A stretch of DNA of 63,058 nt, filler included, from Octopus bimaculoides (GCF_001194135.2; 6 parts of 6 records of this genome joined end to end with filler, not necessarily neighbours in it), one strand, 5' to 3'. Shown: positions 49,527-63,058, counted from the first letter of the whole stretch. Translations and numbers: made by a program. The notes: a model not told the origin generated them from the letters alone.

Positions 49527-50460
49527 TATGAATGGACAAAATAATGGAAACACCTTAAAATTTGAAACAATTTTATTTTAATTTGGGGTAGGACCACTTT
49601 CGCAGTAATTACAGTTTGAATTCTAGGAGGTATGGACTCGTACAAAGTTTGATGTGTTTCCAAAGGAATTTTTGTCAATTCTTCAGCTAAAACAGTCTCC
49701 AGTTCTAGTAGTGATGACGGTGAAGGATATCGACTCCTTACTTGTTATTCTAAAATGCGCCATAAATATTCAATAATATTGAGATCTGAGGACTGTGCAG
49801 CCAGATAAAATGTTCAACTTCACTAGAATGTTCCTCGTGCCATTCAGTAACAATTTTAGCTGCGTGAATTGGTGCGTTATCATCCTAAGAGTCGATTTCA
49901 CTCCGAAACAGCTCTGCAATCATAGGATGAATTTAATCAGATAAAATGCTTAAATAGTCTTGACAATCAACTCCGCCATGAAAGGAAACCGTTGGGCCGG
50001 CGTATTTCCAAGATACAGCCTACCTGATTATCACAGAGCCTCCTCCATTTTAACAGTTGGAAGAAGGCAGTCTGTGTCAAATGTTTCTTTTGGCTCTCTC
50101 CACACATATACTCGGCCGATGGTCGGAAATAAGGTAACGGATGACTCGTCCGAGAAATTAACATTCTTCCACTGCTCTAGGGACCAATTCTGTAGGTTTG
50201 TCTTTTGAAACTAGTGGTTTTCTGATTGCAGCCCTCCCGTGAAATCCGGGTTTGTGCAGCTCCCGGCGAACAGTTTTTGTGAAAACTGAGTTCACGAGGT
50301 GGTCATTAAGCTCTGTTGTAATTTTGAGAGCTGTACTTTTGTGATCCTTTCTAATAATTCGCGTAAGAGTCCGCCCATCCTTATCTGAACGTTTTGGTTT
50401 TCTTCCGGAGTTTTTTTCGACGAGTAGGTTTTTTTTCCTCTTTCTCAAAGTCTGTCATTA
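49527..50460 (-). mobile_element. Tc1-type DD34E transposon relic, 5' truncated and frameshifted
   Basis: GRKPK..DGRTLTRIIRKDHKSTA.KITTELN...TKTVRRELHK.GFHGRAAIRKPL; FSDESSVTLFP..GRVYVWR; DDNAPIHAAKIVTEW; degraded SPDLN.IE; AVITAKGGPTPN*; TIR-like TGGACAAAATAATGGAAACACC at about 49533-49554. Confidence 0.9.
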
Positions 50461-53236
50461 CTTTCGAGACGGTATTTGTATTTTAGTGATGAACAAAATA
50501 AACTTTTGAAGGCGTCGGTAAAAGTTGAAAATAGGATTGAACACCGAGGACATAAAAAAAGTTATTAATTTTCGTTGAAACAAAAATTAACATATGAACT
50601 AAACTTAATTATGAATTACAGTCTTTCCTCAATGGAATTCAATTTCTTTATGATTACTTTAAAAGTTCTTGCTAGTAATAAGTAGCCGCTATATTTGGAA
50701 ATGTTTCATTTGAAATCTGAATTCAAAAGCGTAAGTCCATGAAGTAAAATATTGTCATTTGATACACCGTCTACTTCTCACATAATATCATTAATGATTT
50801 TTAAAATATATAAAAACAACATCAACATTTGTACAATTTTTCCTTCCCATTCAACTCACTATTGCTATTCAAATATATTTTTATTTAAATCATAGTCTAC
50901 CAGAATGGCTATTTTGCTCAGGTAACTGTATATATGGCTTCTACATATTTTGTTTATAGCTCGCTTTTTTATACGAGCAATCGGCTTCTGTGATATTGCT
51001 TTTTATGTCAATTCTTAAGAAATATTGGTGTTTTTATGGTCCAATATTTGTTTGCAACCTCGCAGAAGTCTCAAATTTCGTCAATTATATAAATTATTTA
51101 ATATAGTTGTCGTTGTGATCGCTTGTGTAAGAATTTCTTCTTTGATACATTGGTAAACTATAACACAACGCTGAAATCTTCTCTATAGCACATGAAATAA
51201 AATCACTGTTTCTGTTCAAATGAAGTCCATTATGAGTAGGCTGTCCATACAACTATCTCTGTCTCTTCCGCTTTATTGAGCACAATATGTTGATATAGGA
51301 ATAAATCGAATGTTTAGTATCCCATCACTTTTCACCCATGGGTCTTAATAAGTATAGCAATGTAATTTCCATTGTATTAACATAGACATAAAACCGTTAT
51401 TAAATATAGCTGAGATGCCAGTGCATTGTATGCTGCTGTTGCATAAACAAACCCATACACATGCATACGTATACACACACACACACATATAATATATGCA
51501 TGGGTATATGTATATATATTTATGTGTGTGTATATATGTATGTATATATATATATATATATNNNNNNNNNNNNNNNNNNNNNNNNNNNNNNNNNNNNNNN
51601 NNNNNNNNNNNNNNNNNNNNNNNNNNNNNNNNNNNNNNNNNNNNNNNNNNNNNNNNNNNNNNNNNNNNNNNNNNNNNNNNNNNNNNNNNNNNNNNNNNNN
51701 NNNNNNNNNNNNNNNNNNNNNNNNNNNNNNNNNNNNNNNNNNNNNNNNNNNNNNNNNNNNNNNNNNNNNNNNNNNNNNNNNNNNNNNNNNNNNNNNNNNN
51801 NNNNNNNNNNATGTATAAATATATATACATACAAGCATACATACATACATACATATATATATACACATATACACGTTGCCACTTTGCAATTAATGTGACA
51901 TTAATAATAACTCACAGACTTTAATACAAACCTTATTGTTGATAGATCATTTGGGAATTGAACTATCAAATGGGTTACATACAATTAACAGTAAGATATG
52001 AAAAACGAAAAATAAAAGCTTAATACAAATAAACTAATACAAAGTGTACAAATATATGGTGACCATATTGTCTCTAATCAGAAACCTACAGTTTTCGTAT
52101 TATGTACGCGTTACAGTATCATCCGCTCATATTTTCGGAGTTAAGTGAAGTCATAATTATCGCTATCGGTTTCGGTCGGCTAAATCTAACATGCCTCATT
52201 GAAGAGCTTTGATGAGACAGAAAGCAAATATTACAAGTAATAAAGGTGAGTGTGGGCGTATATGAATATATATTTGTGTGTGTGTATATACACATATACA
52301 TACGTGTACGTGTATGTACGAAGGAGGCGAGAAATGTAAGTAATCACAATCATTCACGAGCACTTATAGGCGCACACACGCACGCATGCGCACACACACA
52401 CACTCACACTAGCACACTTACACATACACGTTCATATATGTAAGTCAATAACATTCCAACATAAACGCATTTTCACTCATTAATTTAGAGTTTCGTATTA
52501 CTACAAGTACTTTCATGTTTTACAGCAACGTTCAGGTTAATGTTTCGCATAGCAACAGTAACTAGGTTGACTTAGAGTGCATTCAAACGGAGATAAACTA
52601 TAAACTAATTGCAGTTTTACACCAGTTCTTTAGAAGTTGTTATTTGGAAAGAAATTCAAATGCATATTGTGGTCTTCTGAAAATTTGATTAAAATGCTTG
52701 CCTTTTTCCTCTGTATTAAATTCATTTGAGACATGAAGTTTATATAAAGGCATTAATGTGAAACATATTGCAGCATGTTTTCAACTGGATATTTAATTGA
52801 TCTGTGTAACTTATGAACCTTATTTTGGTGGTAGAGCAAACGCAAGCACTCTGATACTGCATTTTCATTTAGGCCAATTTCTTTTCTTTCATAGATCCCT
52901 TTATACAACAAATGATCAAACTATAGTTACTGTTGTATATTGCCACTTAAGTGTGGCTGACCCCTAGGGGTGGATGTTACTGTTGCTTTTAGCCCCAGGA
53001 GGACATCTCCTCCAGCTTGTTCTGTAAGCATTTACCTGAATACATCTGGAAAACGAAACAGAGCAACGTTGGTTAAATTGAATGGAAAAAGGGCGGCTAA
53101 TGAACTATCTGCGTACATATCTATGATATGTGAATGTATACATCTATAGGTATGTGTATCTGTGTCTGTGTGTGTGATATGTGCGTATAAATATGTATGC
53201 GTAAATACACACACACACATACACACACACACACAC

Positions 53237-53283
<47 letters not shown>

Positions 53284-53619
53284 CGTAAAAGCATACACAC
53301 ATATACATGTATATATACACGATCACACACACACACACACACACACACGCATATATATACATATATGTATACCTGCATATATATATATGTTTGTAATAAT
53401 GTGTACAGCTATATAGAAGTCAATTAAACTCCATGTTTATATACCACTGCATATTCATTTGTATATTTGTATATATATGGATCAAAACAGTTTGATTCAA
53501 ATTCGTTGATACGCTTAAGTGTCGAGCGTGATTCTAGTAGTCAGTCATTTTGAGATACGTACAATGATACATACATTCATACATACATACATACATACAT
53601 ACATACATACATACATACA

Positions 53620-54723
53620 GGCCCTTCAGCAACATTCTTTGTCTGATAATCTAGAATACATGCCCAAAGAATTCGCAGGACACTACCGCAACGTATCATC
53701 AACGAAAGGATGAGCCTGTACGAGCAGAAGACTATGAATGGACATGTTAGTAGAAATCTCCGTGATGATAGGGACATCGATCATCAAAGCAGTTTATCAT
53801 GGACCAGTAGCCGTATTTCTACTTCCCACTTTCAAGAGTATACGTTTGCAACCAGGAACAGGAAATATCAACAAAATACCTGATGCACAAAAGGGATACA
53901 GATGCAGGAAAAGCAGTAAAATGTGACAATCTATGCAGATTTTGTGGAGCTCACACTGAAGATATCACCCACATCATATGCAATTGTCCGAAAATGTCAT
54001 CGCGGTATTATCTACCGATGAGACATGATGTAACTAGGACACTCTATAATGAAATCCGTCGGAAGGATAATCCCGAGGAAAAAGAAATAAGAACCCACAG
54101 TATGGTGAAAGTCATAGCCACTCATAATAAATAGGAATACTGGTGGAATGTTCCAGTGAAGACCTCAATAAAATGTAAACACAACAGGCATGATATAATG
54201 ATTTGGGATAGAGAAGAGAAACTGTGCACAGTTGTGGAAATTAGCTGCCCAGCGGATATTAACATAAAGCTGAAGATCAGTGGAAAAGAGAACACTATGC
54301 TGAACTGTTGAGTAAACTGCAGTTACTCTATCCAGATTACAAATTCAGGTTTATACCTGTAATTATTAAGGCCCTGGGATATGTAACACATTGCCTAAAT
54401 ACCAATCTAGAGAAATCAGGCTTCTCAAAACCACAATGGAGAAAGCTAATTCGAAGACTACAGATCTAACCCATCACCGCAAATGAAAAATCTGTAAAAC
54501 TTTCCAGAAGCTTGTCATTTAAATATATTTGAGCATGTCTAGATATGCAACTATATGCTTGAGAATACATACATAGAGCATACAAATCTGCACACACATG
54601 AGTACGTGCATGCGTACATGCGTGCATACAAGACAAAAATACCCTGTTGTTGATATTGAAATTCCAATGAAGGAGCCTTGGAAACCGGTTCTTTCTCTAA
54701 AATCTTGAAATAAACTGAATAAT

Positions 54724-54725
<2 letters not shown>
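53620..54725 (+). mobile_element. 5'-truncated R4/Dong-like non-LTR retrotransposon (CCHC knuckle + restriction-like endonuclease + 3' UTR)
   Basis: CRFCGAHTEDITHIICNC zinc knuckle; YLPMRHD; KHNRHDIMIWDREEKLCTVVEISCPAD (PD..D/E motif, P to H); FIPVII.ALG; stop at 54520-54522. Confidence 0.85.
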
Positions 54726-54765
<40 letters not shown>

Positions 54766-54878
54766 NNNNNNNNNNNNNNNNNNNNNNNNNNNNNNNNNNN
54801 NNNNNNNNNNNNNNNNNNNNNNNNNNNNNNNNNNNNNNNNNNNNNNNNNNNNNNNNNNNNNNNNNNNNNNNNNNNNNN

Positions 54879-54915
<37 letters not shown>

Positions 54916-54916
<1 letters not shown>

Positions 54917-55075
54917 AACAGTGACGTTGCAACTCATTTCTACAGCTGAGTGAACTGGAGCAACGTGAAATAAAGTGTCTTGCTCAAGAACACAACACTC
55001 AGCCCGGTCGGGGATTCGAGCTCACAACCTCACGATCATAACCGCGACGTTCTAACCACTGAGCCATGCGGCTTC
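54916..55075 (-). mobile_element. tRNA-derived CORE-type SINE (family D), 5' part
   Basis: A box TGGCTCAGTGGTTAG, B box-like GAGCTCGAATCCC, GTGTTCTTGAGCAAGACACTTTATTTCACGTTGCTCCAG. Confidence 0.85.
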
Positions 55076-55079
55076 ACAC

Positions 55080-55290
55080 ACACACACGTACACCCACTCA
55101 CACACGTACACACACTCACACACGTACACACACTCACACACGTACACACACTCACACACGTACACACACTCACACACGTACAAACACTCACACACGTACA
55201 CACACTCACATACGTACACACACTCACACACGTACACACACTCACATACGTACACACACTCACACACGTACACACACTCACACACGCACA
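55080..55290. repeat. 18-bp minisatellite (CACACACTCACACACGTA) ~11 copies, derived from (CA)n
   Basis: Direct reading; explains the THVHTL repeat ORF. Confidence 0.9.
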
Positions 55291-56638
55291 TACATATACA
55301 CACACACACACACACTCATCCATGTATGTTTGTGTTTATTTCTCTCACTCTAACTAACATCATTTCAGTCTCTCCTTGTCTTTCATTCTCTCTGTTTCAA
55401 TGCATCCGTATCGGCTTCTCTACACCTCCCATATCTCTTTTGGTTCCCGATCTTCACATTCATCCCGTTTCTGTTTATCGGGTATTGTTTTTAGTATCCC
55501 CAATCACACTGACTGACATTCATTTCTTTTTCTCACTTCAAAGCACACACTCTTGATATTCATCTCTGTCTATTTCTTCGTGGTTTATGCACATATTTCA
55601 TAAATCTGTTTCTAATTTGTTTTATTCAAAAGCTTCTACGTTTTTTTTATTTATTTATACAGTGGCGTTTTCTGACGAAGGGGACCAATATCCTGTGCAA
55701 AAATGTAATGACTCTTGGAGAAAATAGGCTAACGAATTCGTTTTATCCATCTCAGTACACATATGAATATTTTGTATCGTTCCAAGGCCTCTTATCCGAT
55801 GGTGCATATATAACTAAAGTCCACGTAAAAGAGGTGTTTTTTTTTAATAAGTAATTGCAAAGAAATGATAACTTGTTTTTTAGGTGGCAAAAAATATTCA
55901 TATAATGTAAGAATACACAGCCTGTTTTTATATATGTTTATGTATGTATATGTATATGTAAATGTAAATATCTCACTGTATGCGTGTGTGAGTGTGTGCA
56001 TGTGTTTCTGCGTCTATGCATGTGTACATGTATACATATGTACATGCTCTCACATGCACAAACACACAAACACTCATTCATACACACGAAAATATCCATG
56101 TGTTCGTGTCTGCATGTATTAAGAAAAAGAGAGTGACGCAATTTAAAATTACATAATCCAGAATCTATTACAGGAATTGAAAATTAAAGAAATATTTAAC
56201 AACATTCATTTATATTCCGCATTATACATATATGAGTGGGTGGCGCAACTCAACATGTTTGTAGTGCTGTAATAAATGAATAAATCGGTTTCGACGTTGA
56301 TTTTGCATTTAATCTTTGCGATAAAATAAGTACCAATTGAACAGTGGTGTCGATGTTTCCGTTATATCTCTTACGCCGAAATTACTGGCCTTGTGCCAAA
56401 ATTTTAATCCATAATTCAGAATAATTTATTTTATTTGACTGGCATGCGATGACCTGTGCTTCCAACTCACGGTTTCAAATGGATCGAAATCACTGGATTT
56501 AGGAATTCCGGGCCTCATGACGGACTAATTTCGTCTACTACGATCTATGATTTTACTTTGATGTGCGAGGCGCTTATATGAGGAGATCGCTCAAGACCAT
56601 TAAAGTTGTACTCAATGTTCAATCAAGGGATATATAGG

Positions 56639-56805
56639 AAGAATTTACAACAAAAAAAAAACGAAGACGGGTGTGTAAACAACAAAAAGATGTATTAGTT
56701 TAATGCCCGGGAAGTGAGAAAGTCTTTTACGTTTCGAGCCTACGCTCTTCGACAGAAAGCAATACAGAACTAAACAGGGAGACAGGAAGTTTCATATAAG
56801 AGTTA
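56639..56805 (-). mobile_element. Penelope-like 3' tail repeat, copy 2
   Basis: Reverse complement of 985-1170. Confidence 0.7.
56724..56759 (-). ncRNA. Minimal hammerhead-like motif (A6 to U variant)
   Basis: CTTT-CTGTCGA-A-GAGC gtag GCTC-GAAAC-GTA-AAAG; perfect 4-bp stems I and II. Confidence 0.55.
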
Positions 56806-57016
56806 TAGATAGATAGATACATACATACATACATACATACATGCATACATACATACATACTTACATATATACATACATACACACATACATACGCATACAT
56901 ACATATACACACATACATACACATATACATACACATGCATTATTATTTGTATATATATGTGTAAGCGTATGTGTGTGTGTGAGTGTGTGAGTGCATGTGT
57001 GTGTGTGAGTGTGTGA

Positions 57017-57091
<75 letters not shown>

Positions 57092-57397
57092 GCATAGAGA
57101 TAACTTTTCTGTTATATCAAAGCCAATGGTATCTCAATGAATTCTTTATTTAAGAAATCTAGAAATACGACAAATTCATATTCCTCAGAATTAGAATTAT
57201 TAATAGAAATATAAAGAAGGATAAAGCCGTTGGTAAAAGAAAACTATATTATTAATAAAATAAATATATTCACTTTATATGTAAATATATATATATANNN
57301 NNNNNNNNNNNNNNNNNNNNNNNNNNNNNNNNNNNNNNNNNTTAATTAATTAANNNNNNNNNNNNNNNNNNNNNNNNNNNNNNNNNNNNNNNNNNNN

Positions 57398-60300
57398 CGA
57401 ACGAACGTACGTATGTTGCTACGTACATATATATGAATGATCGAACGAACGTACGTACGAACGAACGTACGGACGGACGAATGAAACGAACGAACGAACG
57501 AACGAACGACCTAATGAACGTACGTACGTACGTACGAACGAACGTCCGTACGTGTGTACGGATTTACGTACGTAACTACGTATGTAAAAACGAACGAACG
57601 ATCGAACAAACGAACGAACAAAGAAACTGACGAACGTACGTACGAACGAACGATTGAACGAACGAACATACGTAGGTACGAAAAAAAAAACGAACGAACA
57701 AAGTATTGAACGTACGTATGTATGAACGAACAAACGAAGATACATAAGTAGGTACATATGTACGTACGTATGAACGAACGAACAAACTAACGAACGTACG
57801 CAAGTACTATGAACGAACGTACGTACGTACGAACGAAAGAAAGATCGAACGAAAAAATAAACGAACGTACGTACATACATCCGTACGTAGGAACGAGCGA
57901 ACAAACGTACGTACGTAAGAAGGAACGAAAGAAGGAACGAACGATCGAACAAACGAATTAACGAACAAATGTAGGTACAAATGTACGAACGAACGAACAA
58001 GCGTACGTACGACGGAACAAACGAACGAACGAACGTCCGTAGGAACGAACAAACGATTGAACGAACGAACGAACAAACGAAAGAACGAACGAACGATCGA
58101 GCGAAAGATTGAAAGAATGAAAGTACGTACGAAAAAAGAAACGAACGAACAAAGAACTGAACGTACGTACGAACAAACGAATGAAAGAACGATCGAACGT
58201 AGGTATGTATATACGTACGAACGTACGTAAGTAGGTACATATGTACGTACGAACGAAAGAACAAACTAACAAAGTAACGAACGTACGCGGGTACGTACGA
58301 ACGTACGTACGCTCGGTCATTCTAACGCACATACGTTCGTTCGTTCTTTCTTTCGTTCGTTTGTTCGTATTTAGTAACGTACGTACGATCGTTCGTTGGA
58401 TCGTTCGTACGTACTTACTTATGAACGTACGTACGTTCATTCATTCTATCGTTCGTTCGTTCTTTCGTACGTACGTATGTACGTACGCACATCCGTTCGT
58501 TCGTTCGTACGTACGTATGTACGTACGCACATCCGTTCGTTCGTTCGTACCTACGTTCGGTTGTCCTTTCGTTCGTTCGTTAATTTGTTCGTTCGGTCGG
58601 TCGTTAGTTTGTTCATTCGTTCGCTCTTTTGTCCGTAGGTACGGACGTACGTACATTAATTCATTCGTACGTACGTACGTACCTACGTACATATGTGCTT
58701 ACGTACGTACGTGCCTTTGATCTTTCTTTCGTTTGTTCATTCGTTCTTTCGCTCGTTCGTTCGTTCGTTTGTTCGTACGTACATTCGTTCGTTCGCTCGT
58801 TTGTTCTTTCGTTCGTTCATTCTTCCGTTCGTTCGTTCGGTCGTTCGTTCGTTCATTTGTTTGTTTCGTTCGTTCGACTCTTCCTTCGTTAGTTTCGTAC
58901 GTACGTTCGTTCTTTTGTTCATTAGTTTGTTCTTTTGTTCGTTCTTTCGATCGTTCGTTCTTTCGATCGTTCGTTCATTCGTTCGTTAGTTCGTACCTAC
59001 TTACGTACGTGCGTTCGTTTGTACGTACATTCATTCTTTCGTTCGTTCGTACGTACGTATGTTCGTTCGTTCGTACGTACGTTCGTTAGTTCGTACGTTC
59101 GTTCGTTGGTTCTTTCGTTCGTTCTTTTCGTTGGTAAGCTCGTACGTACGTACGTACGAATGAGCGAACGAACGATATGAACGAACTAACGACCGAAAGA
59201 ACGAACGAACGAACGTACGTATATTCGTACTTACGTATGTATGTATGAACGAACTTACGAACGAGCTTGCGCATGTTCGTACGTACATATGTATGAATGG
59301 ACGAACGAACGAACGAACGTACGTACGTACTAGTGTATGAACGAACGAATGTACGTACGTACGAACGAACGAACGAACGGATGTACGTCCGTAAGAAAGA
59401 AGGAACGAACGATAGAACGAATGAACGTACGTACGTTCATAAGTAAGTACGTACGATCGATCCAACGAACGAACGTACGTACGTTACTAAATATGAACGA
59501 ACGAACGAAAGAAAGAACGAACGAACGTACGTGCGTAAGAATGACCCAACGTACGTTCGTTACTTTGTTCGTTCGTCCGTAAGTACATATGTAACTACTT
59601 ACGTACGCTCGTTCCGTCGTTCGTACGTACATACATACCTACGTTCGTTCGTTCGTACTTTCGATCGTTCTTTCGTTCGTTTGTTCGTTCCTACATACGT
59701 ACGTTCATTTCTTTGTTCGTTCGTTTTTTTTTCGTATGTACGTTCGTTCTTTCGCTCGCTCGTTCGTTCGTACGAACGTACTTTCTTTCGTTTGTTCGTT
59801 CAATCGTTCGTTCGTTCCTACGTACGTACTTACGTTCTTTCATTCGTTTCTTTCATGTTTCGTACGTACGTACATACGTGCGTACGTTCGTTCGTTCCTA
59901 CGTACGTACGTGCGTACATTCGTTCGTTAGTTCATTCGTACATTTGTTTGTTCGTTCCTTCGTTGTTACGTACGTACGGACGTATTTACGTTCGTTCGTA
60001 CCTAGGTACTTATATACGTACCTAGGTACGTTAGTTCGTTCGTTATTACGTTCAATCTTTCGTCCGTCGATCGTTCGTTCCTACTTACGTACGTACGTAC
60101 GTGCCTTCGTTCGTTCGTTCGTTCTTTCGTACGTAAGTACGTACGTTCATTCGTTACTTCGTTCTTTCCTTCGTTCGTTCGTTCAAACGTACGTACATTC
60201 ATTGATTCGTACATACGAACGCTCGTTCGTACGTACATTCTTATGTATGTACGTACATACGTTCAATCGTTCTTTCGTTCGTTTGTTCGTTCCTTTCTTA

Positions 60301-63058
60301 ATTTCGTTCGTTCGTACGTACGGACGTACGTCAGTTCTTTCGTTTGTACGTACGTACTTTCGTTCGTTCGTTCGATCGTTCCTACGTACGGATGTATGTA
60401 CTTACGTTCGTTCGTTCCTATGTACGTTCGTTCGTACGTACGTTCGTTTGTTTTTTCGTTCGATCTTTCTTTCGTTCGCACATGCGTTCGTTCCTACGTA
60501 CGAACGTTTGTTTGTTCACTCGTTCCTTCGTATGTTCGTACATACGTACGGACGTACGTTCTTTCGTTTGCTCGATCGTTGTCTCGTTCGTTCGTTCGTC
60601 CATTCTTTCGTTACATTCGTTCGTTCTTTCGCTCGTTCGTTCATTCGTTTGTTTGTTTCGTTCGATCGTTCGTTCCTTCGTTCTTTCGTTTGTTTGTTCT
60701 TTCGTTCTTTCCTACGTACATTCTTTCGTTCAATCGTTCGTTCATTCTTTCGTACGTTCGTTCGTTCGTACGTACGTGCGTATGTTCGTTAGTTTGTTCG
60801 TTCGTTCGCTCCTTCGTTCGTTACTTCGTACGTACGTACGTTCTTTCGTTCATACGTACTTATGTACGTTCGTTTGTTCGTTCGTTCGTGTGTTTGTTCG
60901 TACATACGTACGTTCGTTCGTTCAATCGTTCTTTCGTACGTACGTACGTTCGTTCGTTTCATTCATTCGTTCGTTCGTCCGTCCGTACGTTCGTTCGTTC
61001 TGACATACGTACGTACGTACGTTCGTTCGTTCGTTCATTCATATATATGTACGTAGGAACATACGTACGTTCGTTCGTTCGTTCTTTCGTTCGTTCATAA
61101 TCACGTTCCTTCTTTCGTTCTTTCCTTCCTTCGATTATTTGTTCATACGTACGATCGTTCGTTCGTACGTACGTACGTATGTTTCTTCGTACGTACATAC
61201 CTTCGTTCGTACATACGCACGTTCGTTCTTACGTACGTACATTCGTTCATTCGTACATTCGTACGTACGTTCGTTCATTCGTTCGTTCATTCATACATAT
61301 ATAAGTACGAACATACGTGCGTTCGTTCGTTCGTTCGCTCTTTCGTTTGTTCGTTCGTTAGTTCGTTCATATCGTTCGTTCGCTCATTCGTACGTATGTA
61401 CGAGCTTACCAACGAAATGAACGAACGAAAGAACCAACGAACGAACGATCGAACGTACGTATTTACATATGTATATACGTATGAATGAATGAACGAACGA
61501 ACGTACGAACTAACGAACGAACGAACGTACGTACGTACGAACAAATAAACGAAAGAAAGAACAACCGAGCGAAAGAACGAACATATGTACGAACAAACGA
61601 ACGATAGAATAAATGAACAATTGAAAGAATGACCAAACGCACGTACGTACGTAAGCACAAATGTACGTAGGTACGTACCTACGAACGAATGAATTAATGT
61701 ACGTACGTACGTACCTACAGAAAAAAGAGCGAACGAATGAACAAACTAACGACCGATCGAACGAAGAAATTAACGAACAAACGAAAGGACAACCGAACGA
61801 ACGTTCTTTCGTACGTACTAACGAACGAACGGAAGAATGAACGAACGAACGAAAGAACAAACGAGCGAACGAACGAACGTACGTACGAACAAACGAACGA
61901 AAGAATGAGTGAACGAACGAACGAACGAACGAAAGTATGAATGAACAATTGAAAGAATGACCAAACGCACGTACGTATGTACGAGCTTACCAACGAAATG
62001 AACGAACGAAAGAACCAACGAACGAACGATCGAACGTACGTATTTACATTTGTATATACGTATGAACGAAAGAACGTACGAACTAACGAACGTACGTACG
62101 AACGAATGAACGTAGGTACGTACGAACAAACGAACGAACGAAAGAATGAATGAATGCACTACGTACGTAAGAACGTACGTACGAACAAAAGAACGAACGA
62201 AAGAATGAATGAATGTACGTACGTACGTAAGAACGTGCGTACGAACGAACAAACGAACGAACGTACGTACGAACTAACAAACGAACGAACGATCGACCGA
62301 ACGAAATGAAGAACGAACGAGCGAGCGAACGAACGTACGTACGAACAAACGAACGAAAGAATGAATGAACGAACGAACGAAAGAACAAACGAGCAAACGA
62401 ACGAAAATACGTACGAAGAAACGAACGAAAGAATGAATGAACGAACGAACGAACGAAAGTATGAATGAACAATTGAAAGAATGAACAAACGCAAGTACGT
62501 ACGTAAGCACAAATGTACGTAGGTACGTACCTGCGAAAGAATGAATTAATGTACGTACGTACGTACGTACCTACAGACATAAGAGCGAAGGAATGAACAA
62601 ACTAACGACCGAACGAACGAAGAAATTAACGAACAAACGAAAGGACAACCGAACGCACTTTCTTTCGTACGTACGAACGAACGAACGGACGAATGAACGA
62701 ACGAACGAAAGAACAAACGAGCGAACGAACAATTGAAAGAATGACCAAACGCACGTACGTATGTACGAGATTACCAACGAAATGAACGAACGAAAGAACC
62801 AACGAACGAACGATCGAACGTACGTATTTACATATGTATATACGTATGAATGAATGAATGAACGAACGTACGAACTAACGAACGTAAGTACGAACGAACG
62901 AACTTACGTACGTACGTACGAGCAAACGAACGAACGAAAGTATGAATGAACAATTGAAAGAATGACCAAACGCACGTACGTATGTACGAGCTAACCAACG
63001 AAATGAACGAACGAACAAAAGAACAAACGATCGAACAAAAGAACGAACGTACGTACGA
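57398..63058. repeat. CpG-dense (CGAA)/(CGTA)/(TTCG) mosaic satellite with inversions and higher-order duplications
   Basis: Approximate tetramer blocks: CGAA-rich 57398-58310, TTCG-rich 58310-59155, CGAA-rich 59155-59550, TTCG-rich 59550-61390, CGAA-rich 61390 to the end. Confidence 0.95.

Noticed and set aside
53841-53870. QPGTG as a helicase Walker A-like motif
   Set aside because: An alternative reading of the R4-like LINE sequence (QEQEI frame), not GPPGTGKT.
55662-55703. Micro-exon candidate (AFSDEGDQYPVQK)
   Set aside because: Good acceptor but only 42 nt, a weak donor and no partner exons.
57419-62777. Many F/V/R/S/T/Y-rich ORFs up to 359 aa
   Set aside because: By-product of tetramer repeats that rarely spell stops; overlapping in all frames, with no splice or domain signal.

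Overview
Eukaryotic, AT-rich, repeat-dominated scaffold window with many N gaps. The SINE families, microsatellite load and Penelope-type tails suggest an octopus/cephalopod genome (inference from recalled repeat sequences, not a search). One real gene fragment is visible: five phase-consistent plus-strand exons (11092-17539) encoding a Sen1/senataxin (SETX)-like region just upstream of the helicase core. All five sit in one block bounded by artificial TTAATTAATTAA scaffolding spacers. The rest is several tRNA-derived SINE families, dead LINE fragments (CR1/L2-like, RTE, L1/Tx1-like, R4/Dong-like RLE), a Tc1 DD34E transposase relic, a TTAA-flanked MITE, Penelope-like (PLE) pieces, microsatellites and minisatellites. 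The most unusual items are: (i) a tRNA-headed (Pol III) SINE carrying a minimal hammerhead ribozyme (8955-9210), plus other PLE-type minimal hammerhead motifs; (ii) a >5.6 kb CpG-dense (CGAA/CGTA)n array with strand switches, a large fold-back and higher-order duplications (57398-63058); (iii) a 415-bp tandem unit containing TTAGGG repeats inside a SETX-like intron. Most long ORFs in the supplied track are N-gap or microsatellite artefacts.
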